A program made the translations under genes and the position numbers. A DNA stretch of 64,000 nucleotides from the NCBI GenBank assembly GCA_030264375.1, contig JASCQW010000098.1, positions 77,404,558 through 77,468,557 of the forward strand, written 5' to 3'. This document shows positions 1 to 12,843 of this stretch, piece by piece. The notes beneath the pieces are model-generated. The model saw only the letters and a list, made by a program, of their open reading frames with translations, ran no database searches and was not told the origin of the DNA. The stretch is from Carcharhinus longimanus (Eukaryota). Numbering within the stretch: position 1 is the stretch's first letter; each line of letters starts with the position of its first letter.

Positions 1-97
1 TTTGCAAGCCCAGGCAAGTCATGGGGGTTACAGATAGTGTGACATGAACCCAAGATCCCAGTTGAGGCCATCCTCATATGTGCGGAACTTGGCTATC
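1..97 (-). mobile_element. Penelope-like element, C-terminus of GIY-YIG ORF and 3' UTR
   Basis: Minus strand reads IAKFRTYEDGLNWDLGFMSHYL*, resembling the GLN-D C-terminal motif of PLE endonucleases. Confidence 0.6.
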
Positions 98-479
98 GGT
101 TAATCTAGGCATGTATAACAGCAACAGCAGCAGCAGCAAATTATTGTGGATATAAATGATCATACTAAAAAGTAATTTAAAAATATCTTTAATGTTGACT
201 CCATTGTTAGGCTTAATCTTAGAATAAGCTCACATTATTTCACGTGCTAAATTTAAATCAAACCACTTGATGCCCTTGATTCCATAACTTCCACTCTCAA
301 AGTAGAAGCTGGATGCTTTTCCAAAAGCATAGAAAACTGATGGTCAAGCCACTTTGATTGCATTCGCACATCTGACACCAGCTGCTTGAAGAATACATTA
401 AAATTAAAAATAGAGTGTTCAATCTGTTCACATAAAAATCATTTAACTCTGACAAAATTAATGTTGAGACTATTCCAAC

Positions 480-2385
480 CTTTGGTATAGCTGTATTGGA
501 ATAGATTGGCTAGGGGTTTGCCAGTTCTGAGGCATTTTCAGCATCCATAGTTTTAGCAGCATCCAATGCCTTTAGCCTTTTTTTGATATCATGTGGAGTG
601 AATCGAATTGGATAAAGGCTGGCATAAGTGATCCTGGGGAGCACAGGATGAGGTTGTGATGGATCATTTACTTGGTACTTCCAGCTGAGGATTTTTGCAA
701 ATGCTTCCATCATCTGTTTTGTGCTGATGTTTTGAGCTCCCGTTATTAAGGATGGGGATATTTATTGTGTTGCCTCCTCCGACTGGTTGCTTGCTTGTCC
801 ACCACCATTCACGGCTGAATGTGGCAGGATGGCAGAACATTGATTTGTTCCATTAGTTGTGAAATTGCTTGGCTCTGACTGTCACATAGCTGCTTCTGCT
901 TTTGGCATGCAAAGTGTCCTGTGTTTTGGCTTCACCAGGTTGACAATGTTATTTTTAGATGACAGAGTCATAGAGGTTTACAGCATGGAAATAGGCCCTT
1001 CGGCCCAACTTGTCCATGCTGCACCTTTTTTAACTCCTAAGCTAGTCTCAATTGTCCGCATTTGGCCCATAACCCTCTCTACCCACCTTATCCATATAAC
1101 TGTCTAAATGGTTTTTAAAAGACAAAACTGTACCCATCTCTACTACTACCTCTGCCAACTTGTTCCAGACACTCACCATTCTCTGTGTGAAAAAGTTGCC
1201 CCTCTGGATCTTTTTGTATCTCTCTCCTCTCACCTTAAACCTATGCCCTCTAGTTTTAGATTCCCCAAGCTTTGGGAAAAGATATTGACTATCTAGCTGA
1301 TCTATGCCCTTCATTATTTTACAGACCTCTGTAAGATCACCCCTCAGCCTCCTACGCTCCAGAAAAAAAAGTCCCAGTCTATTCAGCCTCCTTATAACTC
1401 AAACCATCAAGTCTTGATAGCATCCTAGTAAATTTTTTCTGCACTCTTTCTGGTTTAATAATATCCTTTCTATCATCGGGTGACCAGAACTGTACACAGT
1501 ACTCCAAGTGTGCCCTTACCAATGTCTTGCACAACAAGACATTCCAACTCCTGTATTCAATGTTCTGACCAATGAAACCAAGCATGCCAACTGCCTTCTT
1601 CACCACTNNNNNNNNNNNNNNNNNNNNNNNNNNNNNNNNNNNNNNNNNNNNNNNNNNNNNNNNNNNNNNNNNNNNNNNNNNNNNNNNNNNNNNNNNNNNN
1701 NNNNNNNCCTGTATTCAATGTTCTGACCAATGAAACCAAGCATGCCAAATGCCTTCTTCACCACTGTGTCCACCTATGACTCCACTTTCAAGGGGCTATG
1801 AACATGTACCCCTAGATCTCTCCATTAACCGAGTAAGTCCTGCCCTCATTCACCAGGTGTGCCTGGTGCAGCTCCTGGCATACCCTTCTGCACTCTTCAT
1901 TGAACCGGATTTGATCCCTGGCTTAATTGTAATGGGAGAGTGGGGGATATGCAGGGCTTGAGGTCACAGATTGTTGCTAAGTACAATTCTGCTGTTGATA
2001 GTCCACAGTGTCTCATATTTGTCCGCTCTTGAGTTGCTAGATCTGTTCAAAGTCTGTCCCATTTAGCACAGTGATAGTGCCACACAGCATAATGGATGGT
2101 ACCCTCAATGTGAAGATGGGACTTTATCTCCACAAGACTGTGTGTCGATCAGTTCTACCAATACGTCATGGACAGATGCATCTGCGGTAGGTACATTGGA
2201 GACGATGAGGTCAAGTATTGGTCCCCTTTTGTTGATTCCCTCACTGTCGAGCCTGGCAATCATGTCCAGAATGACCTGGCCAGCTGGGTTTGAGGTGATG
2301 CTTCTGAGCCACTCTTGGTGATGGACACTGAAGTCACCCAAGTACATTCTGCATCCTTGCTACCCTCAGTGCTTCCCCCAAGTGG
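480..2385 (-). mobile_element. Decayed CR1-group LINE (endonuclease-RT linker) interrupted by a HER1/CR1 3' end at about 962-1830
   Basis: ORF remnants HDIKKRLKALDAAK and LGDFSVHHQEWL...ILDLIVSN on both sides of the insert. Confidence 0.7.
962..1830 (-). mobile_element. HER1/CR1 LINE 3' fragment
   Basis: KTLVRAHLEYCVQFWSP and KTRGHRFKV...FFTQRMVSVWNKL motifs plus 3' tail. Confidence 0.85.
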
Positions 2386-2391
2386 TTCAAA

Positions 2392-2668
2392 GGGCAGCAC
2401 AGTAGTTAATGCTGCTGTCTCACAGCTCCATTGACCCTGGTTAGAATCCTGGCTTGGATCACTGTCTATGCAGAGTCTGCACCTTCTCCTCCTTTTCTGT
2501 GTGGGTTTCCTCCCACAGTCTGAAAAATGTGTTGGTTAGGTGAATTGGCCCTGCTAAATTCTCCCTCAGTATACACGAACAGGTGACGGAGTGTGGGGAT
2601 TTTCACAGTAACTTAATTGCAGTGTTAATGTAAGCCCACTTGTGACACTAGTAAATGTAAAAAAAAAG
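2392..2668 (+). mobile_element. HE1-like tRNA-derived V-SINE (tail type B)
   Basis: tRNA-like head, V-domain gtgggtttcctcc, tail cacagtaacttaattgcagtgttaatgtaagc. Confidence 0.8.
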
Positions 2669-2744
2669 TTCGTTAAAATGTATACAATTCAGGAGAATAA
2701 TTTTCAGACTGGTTCCTTTTCTTCTTGCGCATCCTTTTTTGCTC

Positions 2745-2828
2745 CCAAATAAACGGTTGGACTTTAACCTGGTGTTATGAGACTTCTTACTGTGCCCACT
2801 CCAGTCCAACGCTGGCATCTCCACATCC
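2745..2828. mobile_element. Penelope-derived terminal repeat fragment (family A)
   Basis: Same sequence as the termini at 7971-8176, 28015-28096, 38617-38859 and 60615-60825. Confidence 0.6.
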
Positions 2829-2929
2829 TGAACCTTTTTTGGGGGAAGCAAAATGACTCTGAAATGATCTTTATATGTTTTATTTAACAGTTAATATAGG
2901 AATATATATATATATTACTGTAAAAAGGC

Positions 2930-3460
2930 AAGCTTGATGGTCCGGACTGTGGAGGGCGCTCCTATCCCTGGCTTTGCTGTGACCTGTTTGTGGCGGGTTA
3001 CTGAAATCCTGCAGAAGCTCCGCTCCGTTCGCTGGCTGCTGCTGCTTCCCGGTGAGATGGTGACTGACAGCTGTCTGCCGCTGGCCGTGCGGGCTCAGCT
3101 CATCCCTCTCCTCTGTAAGTGAGTGCCCTTCCCTGCTGCTGAAACCAAAGCGCGGAGAGTGGAGAGCCCCTTGGCGGCTCTGTAAGAGCGGATGAGGCTG
3201 GGAAATGCATGGCTGTGTAGTTGTTTCAGGGAGTCAGGGAAGGAGCTGCAGTTTTAAGCGGGTCGGCAGTGTTAACATCCAGCCCGTTTTGTCCGCGCCG
3301 CGATGTGCCGGGAGCTGCCGGGGCCCGAAACCAGGAGCAGACCTGGAGTTTGCAGGGGTGGCACGGGGGCGGACGGGGGAAGGCTTGTGCATTTATCACC
3401 CATTCCCAAGACAGGCCTGAGCCAAGGCGGTGCAAATAGCCGCTTAGAGCTGGAGCGACT
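2930..3460 (+). promoter_or_regulatory. GC/CpG-rich promoter and first-exon region of B3GLCT
   Basis: Locally high GC and CpG density around exon 1 against an AT-rich, CpG-poor background; GGGGCGG box near 3367. Confidence 0.6.
3057..3114 (+). CDS. B3GLCT: B3GLCT coding exon 1 (MVTDSCLPLAVRAQLIPLL, start of signal/anchor)
   Basis: ATG at 3057 in GAGATGG context within a GC-rich region; 58 nt (phase 1) ending at donor GTAAGT 3115; splices in frame to exon 2 to give hydrophobic LIPLLLLGF. Assigned by phase and position, since sequence similarity is weak here. Confidence 0.75.
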
Positions 3461-4112
3461 GTGTTTAGTGGGTGCTGACTGTACACAGTGCAATGTTGCT
3501 CCAATACCCTGCATTACAAACACTTCCACCATGCGGGCTTCTGCCACCAACTTTTGTGTTGTTCAGTTAAAGGAGAAGTGCTCCGAGCATTTTTGTTAAG
3601 CCGATTAAAAATGCACTCTTGTAAAAAATTGGATTTCAAGCTTTAGCAATTGTATCAGTGACACCATCTGGGTACTTAAACTTATTCTGGTCTTTTAGCT
3701 GTGACTTTTTTTTACAGCAATTGCATTTTAAACTCAGTAATTATATAGAATGCACTGATTATCTGAGATAATTTGTTATTCCTCGAAATACAAATGGCTT
3801 AAGTAATTACTTTTTAAAAATATCTATTTTCTGGCTAAACTGCTCCAGCATTTAATAAGATTCTCGGGAGATCTGCACTTGTGGCAAACTCCTCATTTCC
3901 AACAATAGCATCGAATGTAACCGAGACTTTTTTAGCCACATGTGAATCTCACTCTGCCTCTACCAGATTTACAATGGTAATACACCGTAACTACAGCCCG
4001 AAAAAAACCTTGTCTGAATTTGTCTTTTTGCTTCAAATCCCTGTCCAGTGTTATAAAAAATTCAAGGATCCTCTATTCATGAACCAAATTAGTTATACAA
4101 TGAATACATTGA

Positions 4113-4393
4113 TTAAAGTTTTTAAAGTTTATTTATTTGTCACAAGTAAGATTTACATTAACACCACAATGAAATTGCTGTAAAATTCCCCTAGTCGCCA
4201 CACCCCGGTGCCTGTTTGAGTCAATGCACCTAATCAGCACGTCTTTCAGACTGTGGGAAGAAACTGGAGCACCTGGAGGGAACCCATGCAGACATAGAGA
4301 GAACATGCAGACTCTGCACAGACAGTGATCCAAGGTGGGAATCGAACCCAGGTCCCTGGTGCGGTGAGGTAGCAGTGCTAAGCACTGTGCCAC
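4113..4393 (-). mobile_element. HE1-like V-SINE (tail type B)
   Basis: Reverse complement of gtggcacagtgcttagcactgct...gggttcgattccc head with A/B boxes, V-domain and tail. Confidence 0.85.
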
Positions 4394-4756
4394 TAGTTTT
4401 ATTTAAACTTGAACTGCTATCTTTCAGTTTTTTTTCTTGGAGCTGAAATTCTCTTTTCTCTACAGTCTGATCAGAGTCACCTGGTATATTTATCTTTCCA
4501 ATTTGCAAATTATTTATACCTTAAACAAGCATTTGGAAAAATGTATTTACTGTTAGTAATGATACTGGATAAAAATTTAGATTCTCGTCAGTACAATAGA
4601 CAGTCACTCAATTACAACCTTCCCACACTTGTAAGAGTTTCAAGATCAATATATATACACAATAGTTGCTTTAGTGATTTAATTTAATACAATTCAGTTG
4701 CTCAGCAATTGTAGCAAGCGCTGTCTTGACTAGTAATTTTCCACTCAAGTAGGATA

Positions 4757-5030
4757 TGGACGGCACGTGGCACAGCGATTAGCATCGGTGCCTCACAGCT
4801 CCAGAGACCTGGGTTTAATTCCAGCCTTGGGAGACTGCATGGAGTTTGCACATTCTCTCCATCCATGTCTGCATGGGTTTCCTCCAGGTGCTCCGGTTTT
4901 CTTTCACAGTCCAAAGATGTGCGTGTTAGATGGATTAGCTATGGTAAATTACTGGTTAGTATTCCAAGATGTGCAGGTTAGGTGAATTGACCACATCAAA
5001 GTTGCCCCTTCATATCCCAAAATGTGAAAA
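4757..5030 (+). mobile_element. HE1-like V-SINE
   Basis: ggcacgtggcacag head and ggagtttgcacattctc...gggtttcctccaggtgctccggttt V-domain. Confidence 0.8.
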
Positions 5031-5039
5031 TGAGACATA

Positions 5040-5897
5040 AAATATAGACCTATATCAGACTCCTATTTATTGACTATAGTTCAGCTTCAACACCATTATT
5101 CCTACAAAACTTATTTCCAAACTCTGTGGCCTGAGACTTGGCACCTCCCTCTGACTGGATCCTAGACTTCCTAACCCACAGACTGCAATCAGTAAGGATA
5201 GGCAACAACATCTCCACAATCATCCTCAACACTGGTGCCCCAGAAGACTATGTCCTCAGCCCCTTACTATACCCCTTATACATCGATGACTGTGTGGCCA
5301 AATTCCCTTCCAATTCGATTTTCAAGTTTGCTGATGACACTACCGTTGTGGGTCGGATCTCAAACAATGATGAAACAAAGTACAGAAAAGAGATAGAGAA
5401 TCTGATGAACTGTTGCAATGACAATAATCTCTCCCTTAATGTCATCAAAATGAAGGAGATAGTCATCAAATTCAGGAAGCGTAATGGAGAATGTGCCCCT
5501 GTTTACATCAATAGGGATGAAGTGGAAATGGTCGAGAGCTTCAGGTTTCTAGGTGTCCAGATACTAACAACCTATCCTGGTCCCTCCACGCTGGTGCTAT
5601 GGTTAAGAAAGTCCACTAACATTTCTACTTTCTCAGGAGACTAAGGAAATCTGGCATGTCTGCAATGACATTCACCAAATTTTATAGACTCACTACTGAA
5701 AGCATTTTTTATAGTTGTTTCACAGCTTAATATAGCTCCTCCTCTGTCCAAGACTGCAAACAACTGCAAAGGGTCATGAACAAAGCCCAGTCCATCATGC
5801 AAACCAGCCTCCCATCCATTGACTCTGTCTATAATTCCCACTGCCTCAGAAAAGCAACCGGCATAATCACGGACCTCACACATCCCGGACATACTCT
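5040..5897 (+). mobile_element. Rex1/Babar-type LINE reverse transcriptase remnant
   Basis: NTGAP..VLSPLLY...KFADDTTVVGRISNNDE RT motifs, with frameshifts. Confidence 0.85.
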
Positions 5898-6074
5898 NNN
5901 NNNNNNNNNNNNNNNNNNNNNNNNNNNNNNNNNNNNNNNNNNNNNNNNNNNNNNNNNNNNNNNNNNNNNNNNNNNNNNNNNNNNNNNNNNNNNNNNNCGT
6001 GATCGGCGCAACTCGTGGGCCGAAGGGCCTGTTTGTGCTGTAGTGTTCTATGTTCTATGTTCTATGTTCTATTG

Positions 6075-6725
6075 AACGTTCAATGGGGATAAAATGGAAG
6101 TGATCGAGAGCTTCATGTTTCTAGGTATCCAGATCACCAATAACCTGTCCTGGTCCCTCCAAGCCCATGCTATGATTAAGAAAACCCACCAATTCCTCTA
6201 CTTTCTCAAGAGACTAAGGAAATTTAGCACGTGTGCGACGACTGTCACCAGCCTGTACAGGTGCACCATAGAAATCATTCTTTCTGGTTATATCACAGCT
6301 TGGTAAGGCTCTTGCTCTGCCCAAGGCCGCAAGAAACTACAAAGGGTTGTGAATAAAGCCCAGTCCATCACGCAATCCAGCCTCCTATCTATCGACTCCC
6401 TCTATACTTCCTGCTGCTATGGAAAAGCAGCCAACATAACCGAGGGCCCTATGCACCTCAGACATTCGCTCTTCCATCTTCTTCCATTAGGAAAAAATAC
6501 AAAAGTCTGAGGTCACCTATCAACTGACTGAAGAACAGTTTCTTCCCTGCTGCCATCAGACTTTTGAATGGACCTATCTCATATTAAGTTAAGCTTTCTC
6601 TACACCCTAACACTACATTCTACAATCTCACCTTTCCTTTCCTTTATGGTATGTTTTGTCTGTATAGTGTGCAAGAAACAATACTTTTCACTGTATAGTA
6701 ATACATGTGACAATAATAAATCAAT
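6075..6725 (+). mobile_element. Rex1-type LINE 3' end
   Basis: FLGIQITNNLSW...LYFLKRLRKF...YRCTIEIIL and 3' UTR ending gtgacaataataaatcaa. Confidence 0.8.
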
Positions 6726-7234
6726 GCATAAGCTCAGAAGGAAGCCATTTGACCCATCATGTCTGCTGAAAAAGATTTATCCAACCTAATTCCATTTTAC
6801 AGCTCTTGGTCCATCGTGGTTTCAGCACTTACACTGCACCCCCCTGCCCCAACTCACAACCTGCTTCTAATTCTTCTGCCAATTACTTTAAATTTTTGCC
6901 TTCAGGTTATTAATCACTTTCCTAAGGGCGATAGGTCTTTCCTATCTACTCGAGCTAGACTCCTCACAATTTTGTGGACTTCAGTTAAGGCTGGGATTTT
7001 AAAGCCATGCCTGGTCCCTCTGAAAGTCAGTGGATTTTTAGCTGGCCTGCTGCATCTGCCCGGCATGTCCCTCTGCCATGGTGGGGCTGGAAAGTGCTGC
7101 TCAAAATCTTCCCTCAGCTTTCTCTGTTTCAGAGAAAATGACACCAGCCTATATAATCTGCCCCAGCTAGAATCCTCAATTTCTGGCAAAACCCTGGTAA
7201 ATCTCAGTGCTATTTCTCGTGTGATCACATCCTA

Positions 7235-7548
7235 TCATATAGAATCATAGAACCCTACAGTGCAGAAGGAGGTCATTCAGCCCATCAAATCTCCAACTGC
7301 CCATAAACCCACCCTGATCCTAACCACATAACCCAATGCATTTAACCTAGCTATTCTCCCTGACACTAAGGGGCAATTTAGCATGGCCAATCTACCCAAC
7401 CTGCCCGTCTTTGGGGTGTGGGAGGAAACTGGAGCACCTGGAGGAAACCCACACAAACACAGGGAGAATGTGCAAACTCCACACAGACAGTGACCCGAGC
7501 CAGGAATTGAACCCGGATCCCTGGTGCTGTGAAGCAGCAGTGCTAACT
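7235..7548 (-). mobile_element. HE1-like V-SINE with HER1-type tail
   Basis: (catagaat) tail repeats, V-domain and tRNA head on the minus strand. Confidence 0.85.
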
Positions 7549-7943
7549 ATGATGAAATAAAAACTGAGAAGTTCCACTGTGCAAAATTCAAGACACAATA
7601 GAAGTAAACAAAAAATCGGAGAGTAGAGAAGGGACAGGTGTTATGAGTAGAGGGTGAAATTGCATGGGATGGTGTGGAACTAAGGGGAAATCAGAAACCC
7701 AAGAAACCATGGATTCACAGTGAATTTTGCCAACTGATTTGCCCTACAAGTATATCACTGGGCCTTATGTAGGCGGAATTTGAGAGGTAGATGAAATATA
7801 TTGAAGGTGCAAAGCCTGAAGATTAGAAATGCATCTTTAGCTGAAAGTGAGTTATGGTTGGAGTTGAACACGTACTTAGGAAATATTTGATGTATGGTGA
7901 TGGATATCGTGTGTGGTTTGAAGCACTGCTTAAAATTAAACAA

Positions 7944-8178
7944 ATGGTTTGTGGTGTCGATGGTAGACATGATGTGGAGATGCCGGCTTTAGACTGGGGT
8001 GGGCACAGTAAGTAATCTGACAACACCAGGTTAAAGTCCAACAGGTCTATTTGGAATCATAAGTTTCAGAGTGCTACTCCTTCATCACTCACTGATGAAG
8101 GAAGAGTGTTCTGAAAGCTTGTGATTCCAAATAAACCTGTTGGACTTTAACCTGGTGTTGCTAGACTTCTTACTGTAG
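7944..8178. mobile_element. Palindromic Penelope-derived insertion (family A) with hammerhead-like core
   Basis: About 80-bp inverted arms, CTGATGA...GAAAGCTT at 8092-8120, 10-bp direct repeat aattaaacaa at 7934-7943 and 8179-8188. Confidence 0.7.
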
Positions 8179-8299
8179 AATTAAACAAGACACTGAAATT
8201 AGGCATTGTTTCAATCAGTCAGAGCTGGCTGCAAGATAGAGAGAAACTAAATCAACAGCTAGGCTGCAGACTTTCTATTGAAAGATGATCAGGATTTGA

Positions 8300-9215
8300 C
8301 AATAACTTACATTCATATATTAACCTTCATGTAGTTAAACTTCTCAAGGACTTCACAGGAGTGTCATCTAACAAAAATTGGTGCCAAGCCAAAGAAGGAG
8401 ACTTTGAGATAGATGACCAAAAGCTTGGTAACAGAGATACTTCTTAAGGACCCTTTCAAAGGGGAAAAGATCGGTGGAGAGGAATTGGAACAGAATTCCA
8501 AAGTTTACGACCAAGAAGATTGAACACAGTGGTGTGGCAAAGGAAATAAGGAATGCATAAGAGACCAGATTGGAGGAATGCAATGAACTTGTGGATTGCC
8601 AGACAGGAGGAGGTTATGGAGATAGTAAGACCATGTATGGGTTCAGACATGAAGATGAGAGTTTAAAATCATTGGTGGACCAAGAGCCAATATAGGTCGG
8701 TCAACACAGGGGCAATGGATGAGCAGAATTTGGTATGAATTAGAATACGGGAAGCGGAGTTTTGGATGAGCTTAATTTAATGGAGGATGGAACGGGAGAG
8801 GCCTGCCAAGAGAGCATTGAAATAAAAACAGAAAATGCTGGAAAAACTCAGTGGGTCTGATGGCATCTGTTGGAGAAAAACAAGTTTAAGGTTGAAGTTG
8901 AATATGACTCATCTTCAGAACTGGAGCTCTGAACAAGTTATATTTAACTCCAAAGTGGTAATTTTGCCTGGAAATTTCTAGCTCCATCGCGATGGATGCA
9001 GCGAGCCATTCAAACATTCATGCAGGATCTGGAAATCTCCGGACTGTGTTTCTCTCTCCGTAGATGCTACCAGACATATTGAGTATTCCCAGCACTTTCT
9101 GTTTTACTTTGAATTTCCAGCGTCTGCAGTATTTTATTTTGGAATAGCTGAGCCTGGAGTTAACAAAAGCATGTGTGAGGGTTTTGATAGCAGATAAGCT
9201 GAGGCAAGAGTGGAG
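8300..9215 (-). mobile_element. Decayed L2-type LINE 3' part, split by a family-B insertion at about 8822-9140
   Basis: TLTHAFVNSRLSYS continues across the insert as NALLAGL...KLIQNSA on the minus strand. Confidence 0.7.
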
Positions 9216-10366
9216 ACAAATCACCCACTTCCACCTCCATAATATGTCTGTGCCCTGGAACACATTTTCAGGACAAATCTAAACATGGATTAATTAGCAA
9301 TCACAGTTGAAGACAACATAGCTAAGAGTTGAATCAGGATTATTAAGTGCCAGAATTAAATAGGCATGATTTGAGGGATGTGTTGGAACTAAAATTAAAA
9401 AAAGGACATAGTTAACCATGTAACTTCAGTACAGTTTTAAGACTTTTTTTTGAGAACAGTCTTATTTAGAATATGTGGAATCTTTAAAAAACGTGTCTGA
9501 AGGAATTTTGGCCTCTTATTTGAGTATTAGGCTGGCTAGTTTTGGAGATCTATTTCTGTAAGAGTTTGCTAATCATTTAGTGCAAATTTATGTGTACTAT
9601 GTAATAATTATCCTAACACATGACTTTATATTTAATATTTAATAACTAATAATAATGCACATATGGATTGCTCCAACTTGTTAGTTATATCATTATAGCA
9701 GTCTGTTAGTTCTTCTTGTAAGCAAGACATATATTAGCTGCCATACCAAAGCAGTACTAGGATGTCCTGGAATGAAGTCACCTAGAACTGCAATGGAGTT
9801 TCCCAGGAGAGAAATGTTATTGTTACTGAATTCAGTGAAAATTTCTATCTGCACAGCAGGTAGTGAAGCAATCACATATTTTGTGCCTTTTCTTCCATGC
9901 TTTAATGAAATGGGCAGGGGCAGACGGAATGCTTAATAATATGTTTCACGCTAAGAACATTTTCTGTACAGTTGGTTGATTTCACAGCTGTCTACTAGTG
10001 CAAGTGGACTATTTGAAAACTTATCTAAATGGAGTTGCATAACCCTAGGCTTTTGTATTGAAATAAAATATAAAGAATCTAAAGAGCATAAAATATAAAG
10101 ACTGTGGATTTCAATCCAAAAAGATCACTTGATTACAGATATTAAATCTTATTAAATTGCTTTAATTAATCAGATATTAAATTGCTTTTCTTGAACTGAA
10201 TTTTGTCTTACCTTCAGTCTAGTGCTTCTAAGAAATGGTTAATGTTTTTGGATTGATGGACCGTGTATAGCACCATTTTGCTAGTAAATCTAATCATGCG
10301 CTATATTTAGTTTTGTAAGCACAGAGACTACATTTTCTACCCTAATAACTGTTTCTGTTGCTCTAG

Positions 10367-10422
10367 TATTGGGTTTTAACATTGCTTCAGGAGCTGCAAA
10401 GGAACATGACACATCATCACAG
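10367..10422 (+). CDS. B3GLCT: B3GLCT coding exon 2 ((L)LGFNIASGAAKEHDTSSQ)
   Basis: Pyrimidine tract plus TAG acceptor, CAG|GTAAAA donor, phase 1 to 0; resembles recalled human LAFGLASEDTKKEVKQSQ. Confidence 0.75.
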
Positions 10423-11089
10423 GTAAAACCTCATTTCATGTCCGTATAGATTTCTATTTGTACAATAGTAATAAAGACTCGATGTAGTTAAAACATGGCA
10501 ATAATTATAATCAATAATAAATTTACCCTGAACTAAATAATAGTGAATGTTGCTTCCTTAAGTTGGTGTAACTTTCATTCTTCCTAATTGTAAACTTTCA
10601 TCTTTTGTGCTGGAAAAGAGTGGTCAATTTCTTTTGTTTATCGTCACCTCTGAAAGCACTAAAATTTCAACCATTTCTAATACCTTCAATTAGAATTGCA
10701 GAGTTGCTATCTGGAGCAATTTGAGCCTTATTCTTGTTTTGTTGTTGAAAAGACGAAATACCTTTCATGAAATCTATCCTTGGAGCATTATGTTCTGAGT
10801 AGTTGTGAAAGCAACTGTATCTCAAGAAAAAATGCCTTCTGTGTATGTTTGCATAATGTTGTTGTAGCTGTCTGAAAATTCTGTCTTGATTGGCTACTTG
10901 CCAGTCGCCATTTTTTTACTAAATAATTTTTGTAGTAAGTTGGTTGATATTCAGAAAGATTATGAGTAAAATACCAGTTCTGCTAAATGTCATATGGTGA
11001 ATGCTGAAATTTTTGCCATTTTTCTGTTCTGGGGCAGAAGTGATCATTAATCTACGGCAGTCAGTTAGTTGATTCGAAAAGAATATCTA

Positions 11090-11697
11090 GGGGGTGATTC
11101 TCCCAGAAGTGCTGAATTGGTGGGAAAACTGGTCTAAATCACTACTGTTTTCTCAGTGCAACTTCAGACCTGAATCTCCACACTCTGTGCAATGCAGAAT
11201 TGTGAATATCATTAAAAACCCTGGCAGAGGGGGGTCTGCCCCTCCAACCTCCCCCATGGCCCAATTGTGGTCCCCACAACAATTCCTAGGCCAACCTCGA
11301 TCCCCTTCGCGTTCTGGAGTGCCCTGATGTCCAGCCCACCCCCACCCAGCCTTTCACCCTTGCATACCCCGCTCCCCCGCCCCGCTGATCTCTCCAGGAG
11401 ACAGAATCTCCTGGCAGATCTCCCCCCAGCAGATCGCCAACCCACCCGCAGCCTGCCCCAATCGCTGGTCTGCAATCAGCCCAGACCGATCCCCATGCAG
11501 AGTGGCAGTGGAACCGACCACTGCCACCTATCACCTCCCATAATAGACCCCACCCCCTTGGCACTGTCTGATGGGCAGTGCCAAGCTGCCCCCTGGACAT
11601 GGGCACTTTGCCCCCTGGCCTGTGCCAGGGGACACAAGCTGTGTCCATGTGCCCTCTGGCCAGAAAATGTGTGGGTCGCTATGGGAGAACAACCCCC
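11090..11697. mobile_element. GC-rich non-autonomous DNA transposon (possibly Harbinger-like MITE)
   Basis: gggggtgattctccca and tgggagaacaaccccc form an imperfect TIR (14/16); internal ggcactgcc/gggcagtgcc motifs are shared with 19900-20000 and 40100-40270. Confidence 0.55.
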
Positions 11698-12053
11698 CCC
11701 CGCCGGTTCTGGAGCCATACATCCATTTGAAAAGCCAGAATCTTGCTTGCTGATATGTGATTTGATTAGTTCTTGATTTGTAATTCTGCCTTCAGTACAA
11801 TCAAAACTGTGGATGAGCATTTTTTATGACATTTGCTAAGACCATTTTTGGTTTACTTTGACATTTACCTACAGTCAGTTAAATTAAAAAAAAATTACTT
11901 CTGGAACTTTTTTACATTCTGCTATTAGGTCTACTGTGTCGCACTTGATAGTTTGACAATCTTTCTATTTGTTTGAAATTCTGTAATGAATGACAGATAT
12001 TATAAAAGCTGTGTCCGCACTTGCAAAAATAACAGGCCAAATATTTAATAATG

Positions 12054-12843
12054 CTCGCATAAAAGCAAAATACTGCAGATGCCGCAATCTGAAACAAAAA
12101 CAGAAAATGCTGGAAAATCTCAGCAGGTCTGACAGGAGAGAGAATAGAGCCAACATTTCGAATCTGGATGACCCTTCGTCAGAGCTAAAGACAAAGAAAA
12201 TAGGATGGGATTTATACTGTAAGAGTGAAAAGGGTGGCATTGTGGAGTTGAAGACGTCATAGACAAAAGGACAAAGAGAATGTAAATAGTATGATAAAGA
12301 CCAGAATGGTGTAAATAGTGTCCATTAAGAGATCGCAGTGTGCAAACAATAGATCAAAGGCGCACAGTGTAAAAGGGGGACTAGCAGGGTAAGTACATGG
12401 GATATGTATGTACGAGGATAGAGGCTGGGTGGGATTGTGGTCAATGCAAATTCAATGGGCCGAATGGCTCCCTTCTGCACTGTAGGGGATTCTATGATAT
12501 GAAAGTTTGACCTGAGGAATGTAGCAGATGGCCCTAGTGAGGTGGGCGGTGGGAGGATGGGGGAACAAGATGGAAAGCTAGATTTAAAATGGAATGATGG
12601 AAAAAATTAAAATTTAAAATATAGACTGGAATGTAAAATAATGGATTAATAAGATAAAAATAAATAAAATAAAATGAAACAAATGGAAATGGAGTGAAGG
12701 TGGAGGAGAGCATTCATGCTCTGGAACTATTTACTTTATCTTTAGCCCTGATGAAGGGTCATCCAGACTCAAAGCTTTGGCTCTATTCTCTCTCCACCGA
12801 TGTTGTCAGACCTGCTGTGATTTTCCAGCATTTTCTGTTTTTG
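12054..12843. mobile_element. Penelope-derived insertion (family B) with inverted termini and hammerhead-like cores
   Basis: About 100-bp inverted ends, 11-bp direct repeat atttaataatg at 12043-12053 and 12844-12854, CTGANGA cores at 12148-12186 (-) and about 12743-12783 (+). Confidence 0.7.

Noticed and set aside
1549-1766. Direct duplications flanking gaps (also 22863-22912 versus 23014-23063)
   Set aside because: Near-identical sequence on both sides of 100-N gaps indicates unmerged contig overlaps.
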